A stretch of 50,331 nt of DNA, from positions 1-50,331 of the forward strand of contig JAVECO010000169.1 of assembly GCA_051942205.1 (NCBI GenBank), in the 5' to 3' direction. The first letter of the stretch is position 1. Every line of letters starts with the position of its first letter. A program made the translations under genes and the position numbers. The notes under the pieces are model-generated. The model searched no databases. It had not been told where the DNA came from and was given only the letters and a program-made list of their open reading frames with translations. Origin of the DNA: Coniocarpon cinnabarinum (taxonomy: Eukaryota). Below, piece by piece: positions 13,237 through 25,593 of the stretch.

Positions 13237-14211
13237 ATGGACACGTGCTTCACCTCATCGTTTCTGAGAGCCTCTGTCGAGTCGTGCCGCCCATTGCGAA
13301 GGCTTCCTTTCAGATCCGGCCTGCCGTCTGTCCATCCTCTGCAATGCCGGGGTATCCGGACCATCAGAAAGAGTGTGCCACCGGTCTCACGCTTCAATGC
13401 TGCTCTGGAGCCTTTGAGAGCGTCTCCGGCTGCTGCCAGGGCGCGAAGGACTGCATCTGATACGCTTCCTTTGCGAACAGGCGCACTGGCCACCAAGAAG
13501 GGGATGAGTGCTCTGTACGACATGGTGACGGGCAAAAGGACCCCCGTCACGGTGCTGCAGATGGATCGCGTGCAAGTCGTGGGCCACAAAACCAGAGAGA
13601 AGAACGGCTATTTTGCAGTCTGCGTTGGTCAGGGATGGAGGAATGCGAAAAACGTGCACAATGCTCAGCTTGGGCAGTATGCAAAAGCAGTGTACGAAAA
13701 TGAGAGCGGGACGACCATGGGACTCAGCCCTAAGCGAGATGTGCGAGAGTTTCACGTTCGAGACAAGACTGGTTTACTACCCATTGGATCCATGATCGGT
13801 CCGACCTGGTTTACTGAAGGTCAGTATGTGGACACAAGGTCGAATAGCAAAGGGCATGGCTTCACTGGCGTTATGAAGAGGTGGAATATGGGAGGCCAGC
13901 CAGCGTCTCATGGTGTGTCGCTAGTGCATCGATCTCTTGGATCCGCTGGGGGCAGTCAAGGCAGTGGTTCGAGAGTAATACCGGGCAAAAAAATGGCAGG
14001 CAGGATGGGAAATGAGAGACATACTGTCCAAAATTTAAAGATCTTACAGATCGATGAGGACAGCGGACTGATCATTGTCAATGGCTGTGTTAGCGGTCCA
14101 AAAGGTGCTCTGGTCCAGGTTCAAGACGCGCTCAAGAAGCCCTGGCCTGATGTCGCACCTATTCCTCCTTCGGCACAAGAGGCTGCAGAGCCTCTGAGGC
14201 AAACAGTATAA
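13237..14211 (+). CDS. MRPL9: Mitochondrial large ribosomal subunit protein uL3m
   Basis: KKGMS…TPVTVLQ, SKGHGFTGVMKRW, ASHGVSLVHRSLGS, RVIPGKKMAGRMG; Arg-rich presequence-like N-terminus. First ATG is 13237 (the track start is TTG). Confidence 0.93.
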   Translation: MDTCFTSSFLRASVESCRPLRRLPFRSGLPSVHPLQCRGIRTIRKSVPPVSRFNAALEPLRASPAAARARRTASDTLPLRTGALATKKGMSALYDMVTGKRTPVTVLQMDRVQVVGHKTREKNGYFAVCVGQGWRNAKNVHNAQLGQYAKAVYENESGTTMGLSPKRDVREFHVRDKTGLLPIGSMIGPTWFTEGQYVDTRSNSKGHGFTGVMKRWNMGGQPASHGVSLVHRSLGSAGGSQGSGSRVIPGKKMAGRMGNERHTVQNLKILQIDEDSGLIIVNGCVSGPKGALVQVQDALKKPWPDVAPIPPSAQEAAEPLRQTV

Positions 14212-15023
14212 TTTGCAGGATGGATAACGTTACTAAAACAGGATTCGACAGTTGCGAAATGCACTCTGAGCTCTCATAGGACGATTGCAGTATTGGCGGC
14301 ACATCACAACGTCTTGGATAATTATGATACTGGCTCAGTAACATTAGAAAGTTCGCTAGTCTCCTACATTAAGATATCGAAGGATCTGCACTTGCGCTCA
14401 GGGATGTGTATTAATCGAACGGACAAGAGTCCCGAAAGCCATCTCTCTGCGCCTTCAATCATTTCGTTGTGGAACATGACAGGCAGACCTCCACTGCGCT
14501 CATGAATGTTTGGAAGCATGACCTGAATAATGAGTATGCATCAGTTCGTCAACTCTCGTAAGGGTGCAGAGCATTCAGATTTGCATCTCCTCGGTTGGCA
14601 GCAACGCTTCTGCAAATCCGTAATTGAAACTGCACAGTAAAAGTTGAACGAAGCTATTGATAGGCGTACACTTAGTCTTGTTCACCTGCCCGTTCCCTCA
14701 ACGAACACCTGGCTGATACAGCTTGTTTGGCCGGAAACTTAGCTCCTGACGTGGCGATTGGTCGCTTTCTTTGTGCGGGTCTCCAAATCCATTCTGTTGG
14801 AAGCGTGTCGTTCTGGACTTGCTTGCTTTGTTACCTTATTCACGTGGCATCCCTTTTCCTTTGTACCAGCTGCTGCAACTTCCTGTTCGCGGTCCATTTT
14901 CTTTCAACTGGGTGCTGATCAAGTACACACTCATGAGCGTTCGATCCAGCTCTTCCGTCCCAATTCGCCAAGACGGCCGCAGTCAATACATTCCAACCTT
15001 CGTCCATCGTCCAAGAAGACAAG

Positions 15024-17806
15024 ATGCTTTCGGACCTAAGCGGAGGCCTCAAGCTACTCTGCCTTTGCTTTCTGGCGATCAACCCTGGTCTCGCGACCAA
15101 TGCCGAGCCGGCTCATGATGTGGCTACCGTTGAGGGTACAACCTCAGGGATCAGAAGTCTGGTAGGCAATGTTCTAGGCCGCGCCGGGATTTGGCCTCGG
15201 GCGACCACAGCAGTCCCCGGCACTTGTGCAGGTACTCAGTTGGTACCGTACAGGCAAAATGGTGTATCTGTCTGGGGCATGTTCAATCGGTTCCCACTAC
15301 CTCTGTTCCGAAACGACGGAGGGACCCGCGTCAACAATGGATGGCCATGGGGCCGTATCAATACGGTGAACACCAATCCATACACAGGTGGACCTTACAC
15401 AGCTGTGGTTCGGTAAGCGCTCCGTGTTGAATCCAACGAAAGCCGCGAAAGCCGAGGATCCGGGACCACCGCCGTGAGGCTGACAGATATGAAGGTCCTA
15501 CAACTTCGAGCTCGCCGAGTGCGACTTTGCCCCTGACGGTGTTACGACCACGAAAGTTCTATGCATCAATGGACAGTTTCCTGGGTATGTGAAGAAACAT
15601 TGCTGACATTGATCACAATACAATACCCAAAATATGTGCGCTGACCAATGCCAGTCCACTAATTGAGGCCAACTACGGGGACAACATAAGTGTGACACTC
15701 ACGAACAGCTTGAAGGACCAGGGCACTTCCATGCACTGGCACGGATTTTTGCAGACGAATGCCAATGCACAGGACGGCGTGCCTGGTGTTACACAAGTAA
15801 GTCGTTCATGCTCATCACCAATGCTACTGAATCTTTTCTCAAGCTGAGCGTTACCGTAGTGCCCTATTATTCCAGGAGGCAACTTGACATACAATTTCCG
15901 CGCGGAGCTTTATGGTACAAGCTGGGTAAGTCATTGTCTTGAAAAAGGCTCAAGGTCCATTCTCGATTTACGTGACTGATCGTTCGCCAAGTATCACACC
16001 CACTACTCTGCACAGTATGCTGTGGGTGCTACTGGACCAATGGTCATTTATGGGCCATCGCAAGTTGGCTACGATATTGATTTGGGTAATGTTGTTCTGG
16101 CCGTGAATTTGCGCATTGAGATGTTTACAATTGCTTTTAGGTCCTGTTATCCTCAATGAATGGTATCGCCAGAACTTTGCCTACTACGTTCAGCGCTATG
16201 TAAGTCCTGTGTCAGGCTTGGTTCTATTGGCTCCGCTGACTTGAACTCCTCACAGATGAACCCTTTGTCCAAAGGAGGCCCCGCTCTGCCTCTCGCATCC
16301 TCCAACCTCATTAATGGAAAGATGCGCTTTCCGTGCTCCAAGGCTAAGACTCCATGCACCACTGCCGATTACGCCAAATTCAACTTTACCTCTGGACGAA
16401 CACACCGACTTCGCCTTGTGAACACAGGGGCTGGCGCAATCCAGAAGTTTTCCATTGACAATCACGTCATGACCGTCATCGCCAACGATTTCATGCCTAT
16501 ACAACCTTATGACACTTCCATGATCGCTCTCGGTGTAGGTCAACGGGCAGATGTAATTGTCCGTGCTACCGGCAAGCCCACCGACGTCGTCTGGATGCGA
16601 TCCAATATCGTAGGATGCAGTCTCAATGACGGGTCACTCACCGAGGCACTAGCAATCATCTATTACGAGAAAAGCGACCACGTGAGCCTACCGACCGCTG
16701 GTCCAAACCAAGGACCTGCAGCGTCGACTTCCCTCACAAGCTGCGCCAACGATCCCTTGACGAAGACTGTGCCAGCGTATCCTCTGGCCATCGATCCGAC
16801 ACCGGAACTCTACACCTTCAACATCTCTCTTCACAGCAACGGGACTAACCTTCTCTTTTATATGAACAACGCCACCGCGAGCTACAACTACGATGTGCCG
16901 GCATTGTTGGCAGTAATTGGCAATACGAATGGACTTTCGTGGTGGCCTTCAACGAATAGTAAGGTGTTAAATCACACTGCGACGTCGGTAAGCCACATCT
17001 GCTTCTGCATCCTGTCTCGGATCGCATCACCTACGTTCAATCCAGGGTTCTCAATGCTCTGAAGTTCTCAGAGCATTATCGAGATTTCCTTGAGCTACGG
17101 TACTGACGCGCCTTTGTAGGTCCGTGTAGTCCTCTATAACTACGACGACTCCGCCCATCCGATCCATCTCCATGGCCACAATGCCCAGATACTGAACGTC
17201 GGCATGGGCCAGTGGGACGGCTCGATTGTACGACCTGATAATCCACAACGTCGTGATGTTTTCATCATGCCGCCTGGCTCTGACAGTACACCCTCATTCT
17301 TAGCCTTACAGTGGCCCGCGAACAACCCAGGCATGTGGCCACTACATTGCCATTTTGCGTGGCACTCCAGCATGGGACTCGTGGCCAATTTCTTCGAGAT
17401 GAGGGACGTCATAGGACAGCCGTCGACACATGGACATGTCCCGAGGGCTTGGATCAATGACATAATAATACCTTCCTGTGACACATGGCACGTGTGGTCG
17501 ACGGCTCAAGGCGTTATCCCGACCGACATCGATTCCGGAGTGAAGGCTCGTGACCTGGATGGCTTCTATACCGATGCGAGGTATGAGGAGGACGGGCGAG
17601 TAATGGCCAGAGAACTCTTTCCCGGAGCTGGGGTCCCTTCTCATGGGAATTACACCAGCCGCTATGAGAGAATTATGAAGGAGATTCAGGCACAGATGGC
17701 TGCAAGCGAAGGAGCCGAGCCAGATGCGCACCCAGTCGTGGTCAGACGGGCGAAGAAGCCTGAATACAACGCGCGTGGCATCGAAATTTGGAAGGGAGGA
17801 GTCTAA
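15024..17806 (+). CDS. Secreted laccase-like multicopper oxidase, 8 exons (7 introns)
   Basis: Signal peptide; all four Cu-binding motifs after splicing: [24 protein letters not shown]-x4-L; ascomycete-laccase DSGV motif. Confidence 0.93.
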
Positions 17807-17883
17807 TGTTTAGGCAGAGGAGCAGTTTTAGCGCGGCAAATTACGCTCAATAAAGTCGGTACGTTTTCTGTGTTGTGTTCCAC

Positions 17884-18474
17884 TCAGCTCGCTTGCCGTG
17901 ACAACGAGGTTGAAATATCAATGATCTCAACACTACCCACAGTCATATCTTCATTCCAGTTCACCGTAGCGACGTGTCCCTCTCCCCATACTTCCTGCAC
18001 AATACCCTCTGCCATGATGTATAATTCATCACTCGTTTTCATTAGCTCCTCGAATGGGGCAAACTTCTTGAACAGCTCGTTCTGACTCCACGCCCACTCG
18101 GCTCGCAGGTGATGTGGAACAGTGGCCGGGTGATTGAAGGCCAAGCATTGGCCGGTGTAGAAGGGCGATGGCTGGATCCATGGCATCGTCGAACAAGAGG
18201 GCTTGTAGGTTGAGAATATGCCCCCCGACTCTGTTCGAGTCGACCGGTTGACACATCCACGCAGACGGACGAGATGCACGACCGTTCTGCGGGCAGTGTC
18301 GACCCGCGTGCTGCTCTCGTTGAGGGCATCAATAAACTTGATGCCGTCCACGATGCGCTCAATACGCGCTGTGTTAGTGGCGGCGGTGGGATCCTGTAGT
18401 GTATTTAGACCTGCAGTCTACTATGTGGCTAGTGACGTGCTTAAGCAGTCGAAACTTACGCTGGAGGACTGCAT
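17884..18474 (-). CDS. Hypothetical protein (~174 aa). Exons 18474-18460, 18393-17884
   Basis: ATG CAG TCC TCC AGC|gtaagt … ctacag|GAT CCC joins in phase to the 155-codon ORF; no family recognised. Confidence 0.55.
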
Positions 18475-18932
18475 ATTGGTGCGAAGGACTGTGCAATGGC
18501 TCTAAAAGCTGTAGGAATCAAGGAGGAATTGTAGCCGGAATTTGCTTGAGGAGAAGGTAGCGACGAGGTAGGAGAGTCACGTTTATGCTTACAGAGGCAA
18601 GAACTCAGGCACAAGGTGGTCTCCAAACATTGGTTGTTATAGAGATAGTTTTAGTGCAGCGCCTACGTTATAAGGACAAAATTTTCACACTTTTTTGAGC
18701 CTACGAGATTTCAGACCACGTCTTTATATAATTAATAGGTGTAAATGTACTCTTCAAATCTGATAATGCTCTCGGACAGACGTTCATAGTCAGGAAGAAG
18801 TGGCAAAAAGGGTGCCCACTTTCTCAGGCATCATTATCTCTCATCGTCCAAGGAGTTTTCGCTGCTTCCCTCAATTCTCTATGAATTTTAGCAAGATTGG
18901 ACTTTGCACCACTTTGTTGATCAGAGACTGGC

Positions 18933-19701
18933 ATGGCGGGTGCCAGACTAAGAAAAACATTCAAATATCCCGGAGATGAGGGAACGGAGGGGGCTGTCCA
19001 AGGTCTAGATGAACAAGGTGTGCACCACTTGCAGTTTCACCGAGCAGTCGCAGGTCCTAACGAACTTTCCAAGAGCAGGAAAAAGTTATCGAAGACCTCA
19101 AAAAATGGGACGAGCAATCCACGCTGTTCTGGAGAGTGCGTGAACCACCGGCTCAGCTTTCTCGACATCATGTGTAAAGTAGTCTAACGCTAGACGATAA
19201 TTGACAGCATGTTATCACACCTATTCTCGCCATTTTCGTTGCGTTCTATGTGTGGCTTCTTGCCAGAACTCTGCCAATGCTTGGAGACGCTTCGACGAAT
19301 GTACTCCTCATACAAGGTCTGATTGCATCTACTGGATCAACGCTTATAGTGTGGACAATACCACATGAAGGTGACGAGAAGGCTCCGACGAACTCCCAGC
19401 CTCTTAAGGATTTGATATCTGGAATCCCCACGAAATATCAGCCTAGTGCGAGGCGCGTTCATTCGACAGCCATCGCAGCCAACATCATCTTCCTTTGGTG
19501 GGCATTTGTACATGCTGTAGTGCTGCACGGAGACGCACGTCTGAGTTTACCAGGACTTGGTAGGAAGTATACCTCTAGTGCATGAACATTAGCTGATTTG
19601 AATCAGTCGCCTTCGGGGTTGCATTTCTGGCTCGACATACGCTTAGGCCGGTCGGTGTGTCCGAGCTCGAGCAGTTGAAGTATAACTATAAAGGAGCCTG
19701 A
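18933..19701 (+). CDS. Small membrane protein of unknown function (fungal type). Introns 19018-19073, 19136-19207, 19560-19606
   Basis: Three introns give one continuous frame: MAGARLRKTFKYP…LDEQEQEKVIEDL…(TM helices)…VSELEQLKYNYKGA*. Confidence 0.8.
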
Positions 19702-19774
19702 ACATCAAGTCAAGTTTGGCATCATTCTAGATTCGCATTCTATGTAAAAGGAGGAAGAGCTTCCGTAGGAAGGC

Positions 19775-20974
19775 TCATACACTATCCCATCTCAGACGGA
19801 CTCTCTGAGACTTTGTCTGCGTATACAACTTCGACTGCTTGCTGCCACTCGGATAGCCATCAGCGAAGAAATCCAAACTCCCATCGTACATCAAAGCACT
19901 GCCATTGTGTTGGAAAGCAGTCTTCCGGCTCGAGTCTCCACAGCCAAAGGCGTTGTTGCGGACATTACAATATCCTCGGCGAGACCTCAAGCTGATGCCT
20001 TCGTTGAAGGGCTCAACGGTGAATTTGGCACAAGCCCCGCTGCGGAACCAAGTACCTCGACTGATGAGGCAACCATCGGTCTCATCATTAATCTCGACGT
20101 TCAGTATGCCTCTACCCAAGAATGGCGTCTGTGGAGGCTGCGGCTCTGGGTCGTGATTCGACGCCCGCTTCGGCAAATACTTTACAAGATGTGGACAATC
20201 GTGCCTTGAACCGCGCACCTCAGCTGGCACAAAATCAGCCGCTCTCAGGCTTCCGCGCGTGTTAAAGAAATACCAGATTTCGTTAAGCTCGCCAGAGCGG
20301 GTACAGTGGATCGCAGGCTCGACTCCTTTGTGACCGGCGGCCAAAGCCTCAATAACGTTCTCAACAGGATACAGTCTAGAGCTATCAGGCTCGATACCAG
20401 CGTTCTTCAGAAGTTTGAACGAATCACGCGTCTGGAAGAGGTTGACCGTTGCATTGAAGTAGTCGACAACCTCGCGCTGTGGCTCATACTGGGCGTAGCA
20501 GATCGGCTCCAGGGTAGAAATACATGTACCGTGCTTGTTCCACTCGTGCTCCCAGAAAACCTCATCCCGACCGTGCTCATCCTTCCAGTACCCTCGCATG
20601 AAGTCCACCAGGCCCGTGGCACCAGCAGAGGCTAGGATGTCGCTGATATTGTGGTACGATCGCGCATGGTCACAATTTGCTTGCCAGCTGCCATCGCAGT
20701 TGTCGGGCCAAAGGCCGTGAATCGTCCACGAGTCCGAAGGGCCGGAGGCTGGATGGGTATCCCAGAACTGTGTTTGCAAGAGGAGCCCGCCGGGGCTGTT
20801 GATGCAACAGGAGTTCTCGGTTAAAAGCGAAGCGCTCGAGCAGCTGAGCGGTGGATCAGAGCATTGGACGGCAGCTCTGAGTGGCTCCTGCAAGCCGTCG
20901 AATGGCTGTTGGGTCCCGAATACTCGATGGCTGGCAAGACCCAGTGCAGAAAGCACTTCGCTGTTGAAGATCAT
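19775..20974 (-). CDS. RNY1: Ribonuclease T2 with Rny1-like C-terminal extension
   Basis: CAS I WTIHGLWPD, CAS II FWEHEWNKHGTC, LQTQFWD, C-terminal GCLISRGTW domain. Confidence 0.93.
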   Translation of the reverse strand: MIFNSEVLSALGLASHRVFGTQQPFDGLQEPLRAAVQCSDPPLSCSSASLLTENSCCINSPGGLLLQTQFWDTHPASGPSDSWTIHGLWPDNCDGSWQANCDHARSYHNISDILASAGATGLVDFMRGYWKDEHGRDEVFWEHEWNKHGTCISTLEPICYAQYEPQREVVDYFNATVNLFQTRDSFKLLKNAGIEPDSSRLYPVENVIEALAAGHKGVEPAIHCTRSGELNEIWYFFNTRGSLRAADFVPAEVRGSRHDCPHLVKYLPKRASNHDPEPQPPQTPFLGRGILNVEINDETDGCLISRGTWFRSGACAKFTVEPFNEGISLRSRRGYCNVRNNAFGCGDSSRKTAFQHNGSALMYDGSLDFFADGYPSGSKQSKLYTQTKSQRVRLRWDSV

Positions 20975-21432
20975 CCTCCCAGGGATTCAAATGCTGCGGG
21001 AATTTGCTGGTATGAGCCGTGAAGGCTTGGTAGATAGATGTGAAGCTAGGTAAGAATGCTCATGCAGGTCGAAAAGAATCCAAAGCGCTCCCTTGTATGA
21101 GCAGCTGATGCATACGGAGCTCATGACCAGTATTTCCGCCAGCTGCCATAGAGACACGCGCTTGCCTTCGGACTCGAAAAATTTGCAGCCATCGTCAATA
21201 AGCTTGAGCGCATGACGGATTGTCTCCAAAGAGACAGGCTGCTTGACTAAAGTGACGCGGCGACTTCGAGACGTGAAGATCGTGAATCGTCATATTGCGC
21301 TATTCCTTGTTCGGAGCAACTGACTCTACCTGGGATTGCCCACGCCGCCTCGTCGGCGAGACCACGGCTACTGATTGACCATCGTTTTGTTCGAAATTAG
21401 TCGACGTAGCTTTCTGAACCAGCTTCCTCGCA

Positions 21433-22237
21433 ATGGCTCAGCCTGTGCCATCGCTCGCGGTCCTCAGACATCTTCGCAACATGTCTCTACGTCCTACAAG
21501 CCTCGTCCATGCTTCCAACATTCCCGGTACTCGAATGTATGCTTCACGACGCCCGCAATTGCTCTTCGACATGCACGCAGCCACCTTGCCGTGTCATGGC
21601 CAACGCTGTCATGCCTCAACGACCTCCACAGCTCCAGGGCCACAGCCACAATCTTCGACCTACGTGTCTCAATCGCTGATGGTATGTTGTCACTTGTCCA
21701 ACTCTGCACCGAGTCCAGCCATCAGGCTCGTCGTTGTTCTGGTCAGAGAGAGTCAAGAGTTCTCTAACACATACACAGGAACGTCGACCAGCCTCTGCTC
21801 GACCCTTACCGTCTCTCAACTCTCTCAAGTCCTCCACAAGATGGCTCCGGACTCTGCCCATCTTCATAGCCATTGTCTCCATCTCCGCCCTTGGACTTTT
21901 CAACTACCAAAAGCTCAACTCACCCGTCCTGTCCGCGAATCTCTACTCCTTACGAACGAATCCAACGGTACGGGAGCTGCTCGGGGAAGAAGTCTACTTT
22001 GCGCAGAAGTTTCCCTGGGTGTGGGGGACCATCAACCTGGTGCAGGGAAGGGTCGACGTGGAGTTCGAAGTGGCGGGCAAGCGGCAGCGAGGATGGTGTC
22101 GATTTGTGGCTCGAAGGACGGGTGGAAGAGGAGGGAGTTGGGGGACGGAAACTTGGACGTTGAAGGTGGGGGAGAAGACAGTGGATTTGCTCGAGGTAGA
22201 AGGAGGCGGCGACCCCATGGCTGGCGCCGAGTTTTGA
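21433..22237 (+). CDS. COA1: Cytochrome c oxidase assembly factor Coa1-like (DUF1783). Intron 21682-21778
   Basis: Presequence-like N-terminus, single TM, FNYQKLNSPV…LYSLRTNP..RELLGEE.YF…PWVWGTINLVQGRVDV. Confidence 0.82.
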
Positions 22238-23573
22238 AATGATGATTCGATGGCCGCATCTCAAAGCTCGAGACGTAGTCTTCTGACGGTTCAGCGTCTG
22301 CAACTGGTACCCAGATTTTTAATATAAGAACTTGCTTTGCAGCACGTGCCCCAGCATGCACTGACACCCTTTTCCAGCGGTGAAAATCAACCAAATACTC
22401 GTGGTCCCTGTTTCCTGAAAAGACGACGAGAAGACCCTGGCCAGACCAGTCGTCCTCAGTATGTCGCTCGAGCTAATCAACGAGCGTGTCTAGTTATCTG
22501 TGTGATACGAGGGCGGCCTTCCTCTGAACATAGCTTACAGGCGCAACAAAAACCAAAAAGCCATCGAAACGTCAGTATCTGGCTGCGTGCATGACTGGGT
22601 GCGTCACCATCAGCGGCCCAAGTTGTTGCAGACCGTATCACGCTTCCGCGATGAAGACGACTCTGACCAGCAATAGAATCACAGCGGAGAATGAGCTCGT
22701 CCTCACCATTCGCGAGACCAATCCGCGGCCATGACCATGCAAGAGCCGCCGCCTTCATGCTCCAGAACAACATTACTCGAGGGTCCTTCTAGACTTCCTC
22801 CAAGCTTAGCTTGATCAGCACGGCAGGCATACTGATCTGCAGATCTTCTTCTTCATGGACTTCTCCAGCGAAACAAGTTCGAGCTTCTTTGAATTCCACA
22901 CCGCTTCTGCAAACAGACTGAGCTTCCAACCCTCTTTCTACCGAGCTACCAGCGCAGAATATGTTGGTCGTTATGGGATGAATGATTGAGAAAGGTGCAC
23001 AATGCATTTCAAGCAATCACGAGGACATCGGAAGGTACCCATATCCCAGAAATGCAAACGTCCAAAGACCTCAGCTGAACTCTCCTCTGCATCCGCTCCG
23101 CGGCTTCAAGTCTTCTCTGAAATCATTCAGGCTCATACTACAGCTGTGGCGGCACATTCGTTAGATCTGTACACTCCAAATCGCCCGGTTCTTCCACTAG
23201 TACTCGCTTGGCTATATGTAATAGCCGTGCGAGGCCTAGGAGCCGACCGTCACGGGTATGAGATCACTCGTCAGCTTGATGAAGAGTCACGAAGTAGAGT
23301 CACGCCTTGTCACTAGTCGTCGAGCAAAGCATCAGCGGTCACACATTGAAACGATTCTGAAGTATGAGAATACTTCATGTCCATTATGCAATACCTACCT
23401 GCCACTGTCCCCAATCTCACCCAGCAAGCCACGCATTACTAAAACCGTAACATGAATGCCCTAATCCATTACCTCCTCCCATTCTATTATCCCTCCATTC
23501 CACCACTTCGCCATCGAATCTATCCATCAGCCATGTTCTACAGTTCCTCCCTCGTATCTGACCCCTCGAACCA

Positions 23574-24575
23574 CTAATCACACCGCATAAAGTCGCGGAC
23601 TTCCTTCATCGTCATCCCGCCCCGCTTCGCGATCTGTGGCAAGGACTTCATCTTCTTGACCTCCAACGGAGCCGGTGGTGCATACGGCAGGTCTGTAGGT
23701 CCCGCTCGATGCGACGTCATCTTCTGTCGCCACGTCGATACCTCCGTCTGCTCAGCTGCTGGCTTCTGCATTGGACCCTGCATTGGAACCTGCGTCGGTA
23801 CTTGCGTGGGCAACGGAGGAAGCGGCTTCGTTGGAGCGGGACGCGCTGGTGGCGGGATGGCCCACGGTCCACGCTGCGTCGGATTGATCGAGACGTACCG
23901 ATGGTTCCGAACATCGTGGTTCCGCGTATTCGTCACAGCGGGAAGCGTGACGGGCGTCTGCCCCGTCGCCGAAAAGGGCGAGTACTCCGGCGACGGCGAG
24001 TGTGGGCCTTCCTTGAAAGAGAACTGGTCTTCAATGAAGGGATTAGCAGGGACGTTGAAACTGTCGCTGATCAACGCCGTGTTGAGCGTACCTTTCATTA
24101 TAGGCGTCGTCGGGCTTTCACCTCCGAAGCCTTGCATCATTTCTGAATCTAGAGGACAGGCTGTGTAATCGGAAGAGGGACTCACTGCTTCGTGGATGGA
24201 GGACTGTGTGTCCGAATGCCGGTTCCCGACTCGAGAAAGGACAGGATGAGGAAACGCGGTCCGCAGTGGGGGGAGAGAGGTGTGGTTCCGACGGCTGGAG
24301 CGGGGAGGAATGGGCGGAGCCTGACCTTCTGAATATGAATGTGAGTGTGAGTGGGACGGACGAAAAGGCGTGTACGTGTACGTCTGATCCTCGAAGTACG
24401 GCGTGGGAGGGACAGAGTACAGATACGACTGCTGCAGGAGGTAGTCACCGTAGTCGTCAACATCGTGGCGAGGAATGTTGATGTCTTGAGCCGCCAGTGG
24501 CGCAAAATGGAAGCTGTTCATTGTGGATTCGTTTGAGTGGGTGGAATGAGAGGAGTCGCGCTTGGAAGATGCCAT
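23574..24575 (-). CDS. Hypothetical Ser/Pro-rich, probably disordered protein (~333 aa)
   Basis: Long single-exon ORF from MASSKRDSS; coding-like codon use; PxxP motifs (APPIPPR, TKPLPPLP). Confidence 0.7.
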   Translation of the reverse strand: MASSKRDSSHSTHSNESTMNSFHFAPLAAQDINIPRHDVDDYGDYLLQQSYLYSVPPTPYFEDQTYTYTPFRPSHSHSHSYSEGQAPPIPPRSSRRNHTSLPPLRTAFPHPVLSRVGNRHSDTQSSIHEAVSPSSDYTACPLDSEMMQGFGGESPTTPIMKGTLNTALISDSFNVPANPFIEDQFSFKEGPHSPSPEYSPFSATGQTPVTLPAVTNTRNHDVRNHRYVSINPTQRGPWAIPPPARPAPTKPLPPLPTQVPTQVPMQGPMQKPAAEQTEVSTWRQKMTSHRAGPTDLPYAPPAPLEVKKMKSLPQIAKRGGMTMKEVRDFMRCD

Positions 24576-25593
24576 TGCCAGTGAAGGAATGGCTTCGTTA
24601 TTAGGAGTAGACCGTGGATAAAGTAATAGAGGCGCTGGAAAGGCGGTAATCGCTCGATTCAAGACTCGTGCTCGACTTCTTCGACGGTTGTTACGATTAC
24701 GAAGCAGTGTACCTGAGTCTGCGGAAGGAATGTGGAACTGAGCTCAATCGAGCTGGAGAAATGTAGGAGAAGAGGCTGAGGGAGGCGACTTGGAGGATCG
24801 TTGATTGAGGGTCGTGAAGGCCTTGTAAATACTCGGTCAGCTCTTTCCATGATATGAAGACGAGGGAGGGATCACCATCGGCATTCGCCATGCACAGTGC
24901 ATCGTCCGGCCAATGGAAGCAAGACTCGTTAGAGATAGATTGAGCGGACAGTGTCACAGTGGCAATTCAGATTTGCGCAAACAACCACACAGTGCTCGTA
25001 CACCAACGGGGGAAAACACCTCGAATGACCGCTCAAGGACGCAGTAGAACACGAGGCGAAGGCAAGGGAGCTCAGCCACCTGTTGGATGCCACGAGCGGC
25101 GGTTCAAATTGACATTTACAATCGCACACTGCTCAGCCACGACCGGTACAAAACACATCGAATCACCGCCAAAGGACGCAACCGAGCACGCAACAGGGCA
25201 CGAGACGACGGTAGCGTAGCTTAGCCATCCATATACACCACGAAAAAAGACAAGTCACAATGAAGAAGGCACAGAAGACAGCAAGAAGTTTAGAAATCAG
25301 ACTGATTGAATTAGGCTTCTTGTCGACACAGATGTCGACGTCAGACTAGAGAGGCATGAGAGCCTGTGGTGCGAGTCTCGCGTGTGATAACATAAGAAAA
25401 AGCTGCTGAGAGCGTAAACCGGCCGTTTCTTGACGTGACAATGAAACGCGTAAACATCCGTCACCTCCTTTGATGCAAGTGATCATCGCCCTCCACTGAA
25501 CCTCCGTGATGATGGTGATCATGAACACGCTGCCGTTCCTAGCGTTGTTTGTTGTGAGATTGTCGTTGAAGGAAGCGGCATGGCCGTCGGTGA

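Noticed and set aside
18620..18800. AT-rich patch as a possible ncRNA or RIP-mutated element
   Set aside because: Short and located between divergent genes; no tRNA/snoRNA boxes or terminal repeats that I can support, so most simply promoter DNA.
22400..23200. Stop-interrupted minus-strand frames resembling a pseudogene
   Set aside because: No recognisable motif or splice pattern; cannot be told apart from intergenic sequence without BLASTX.
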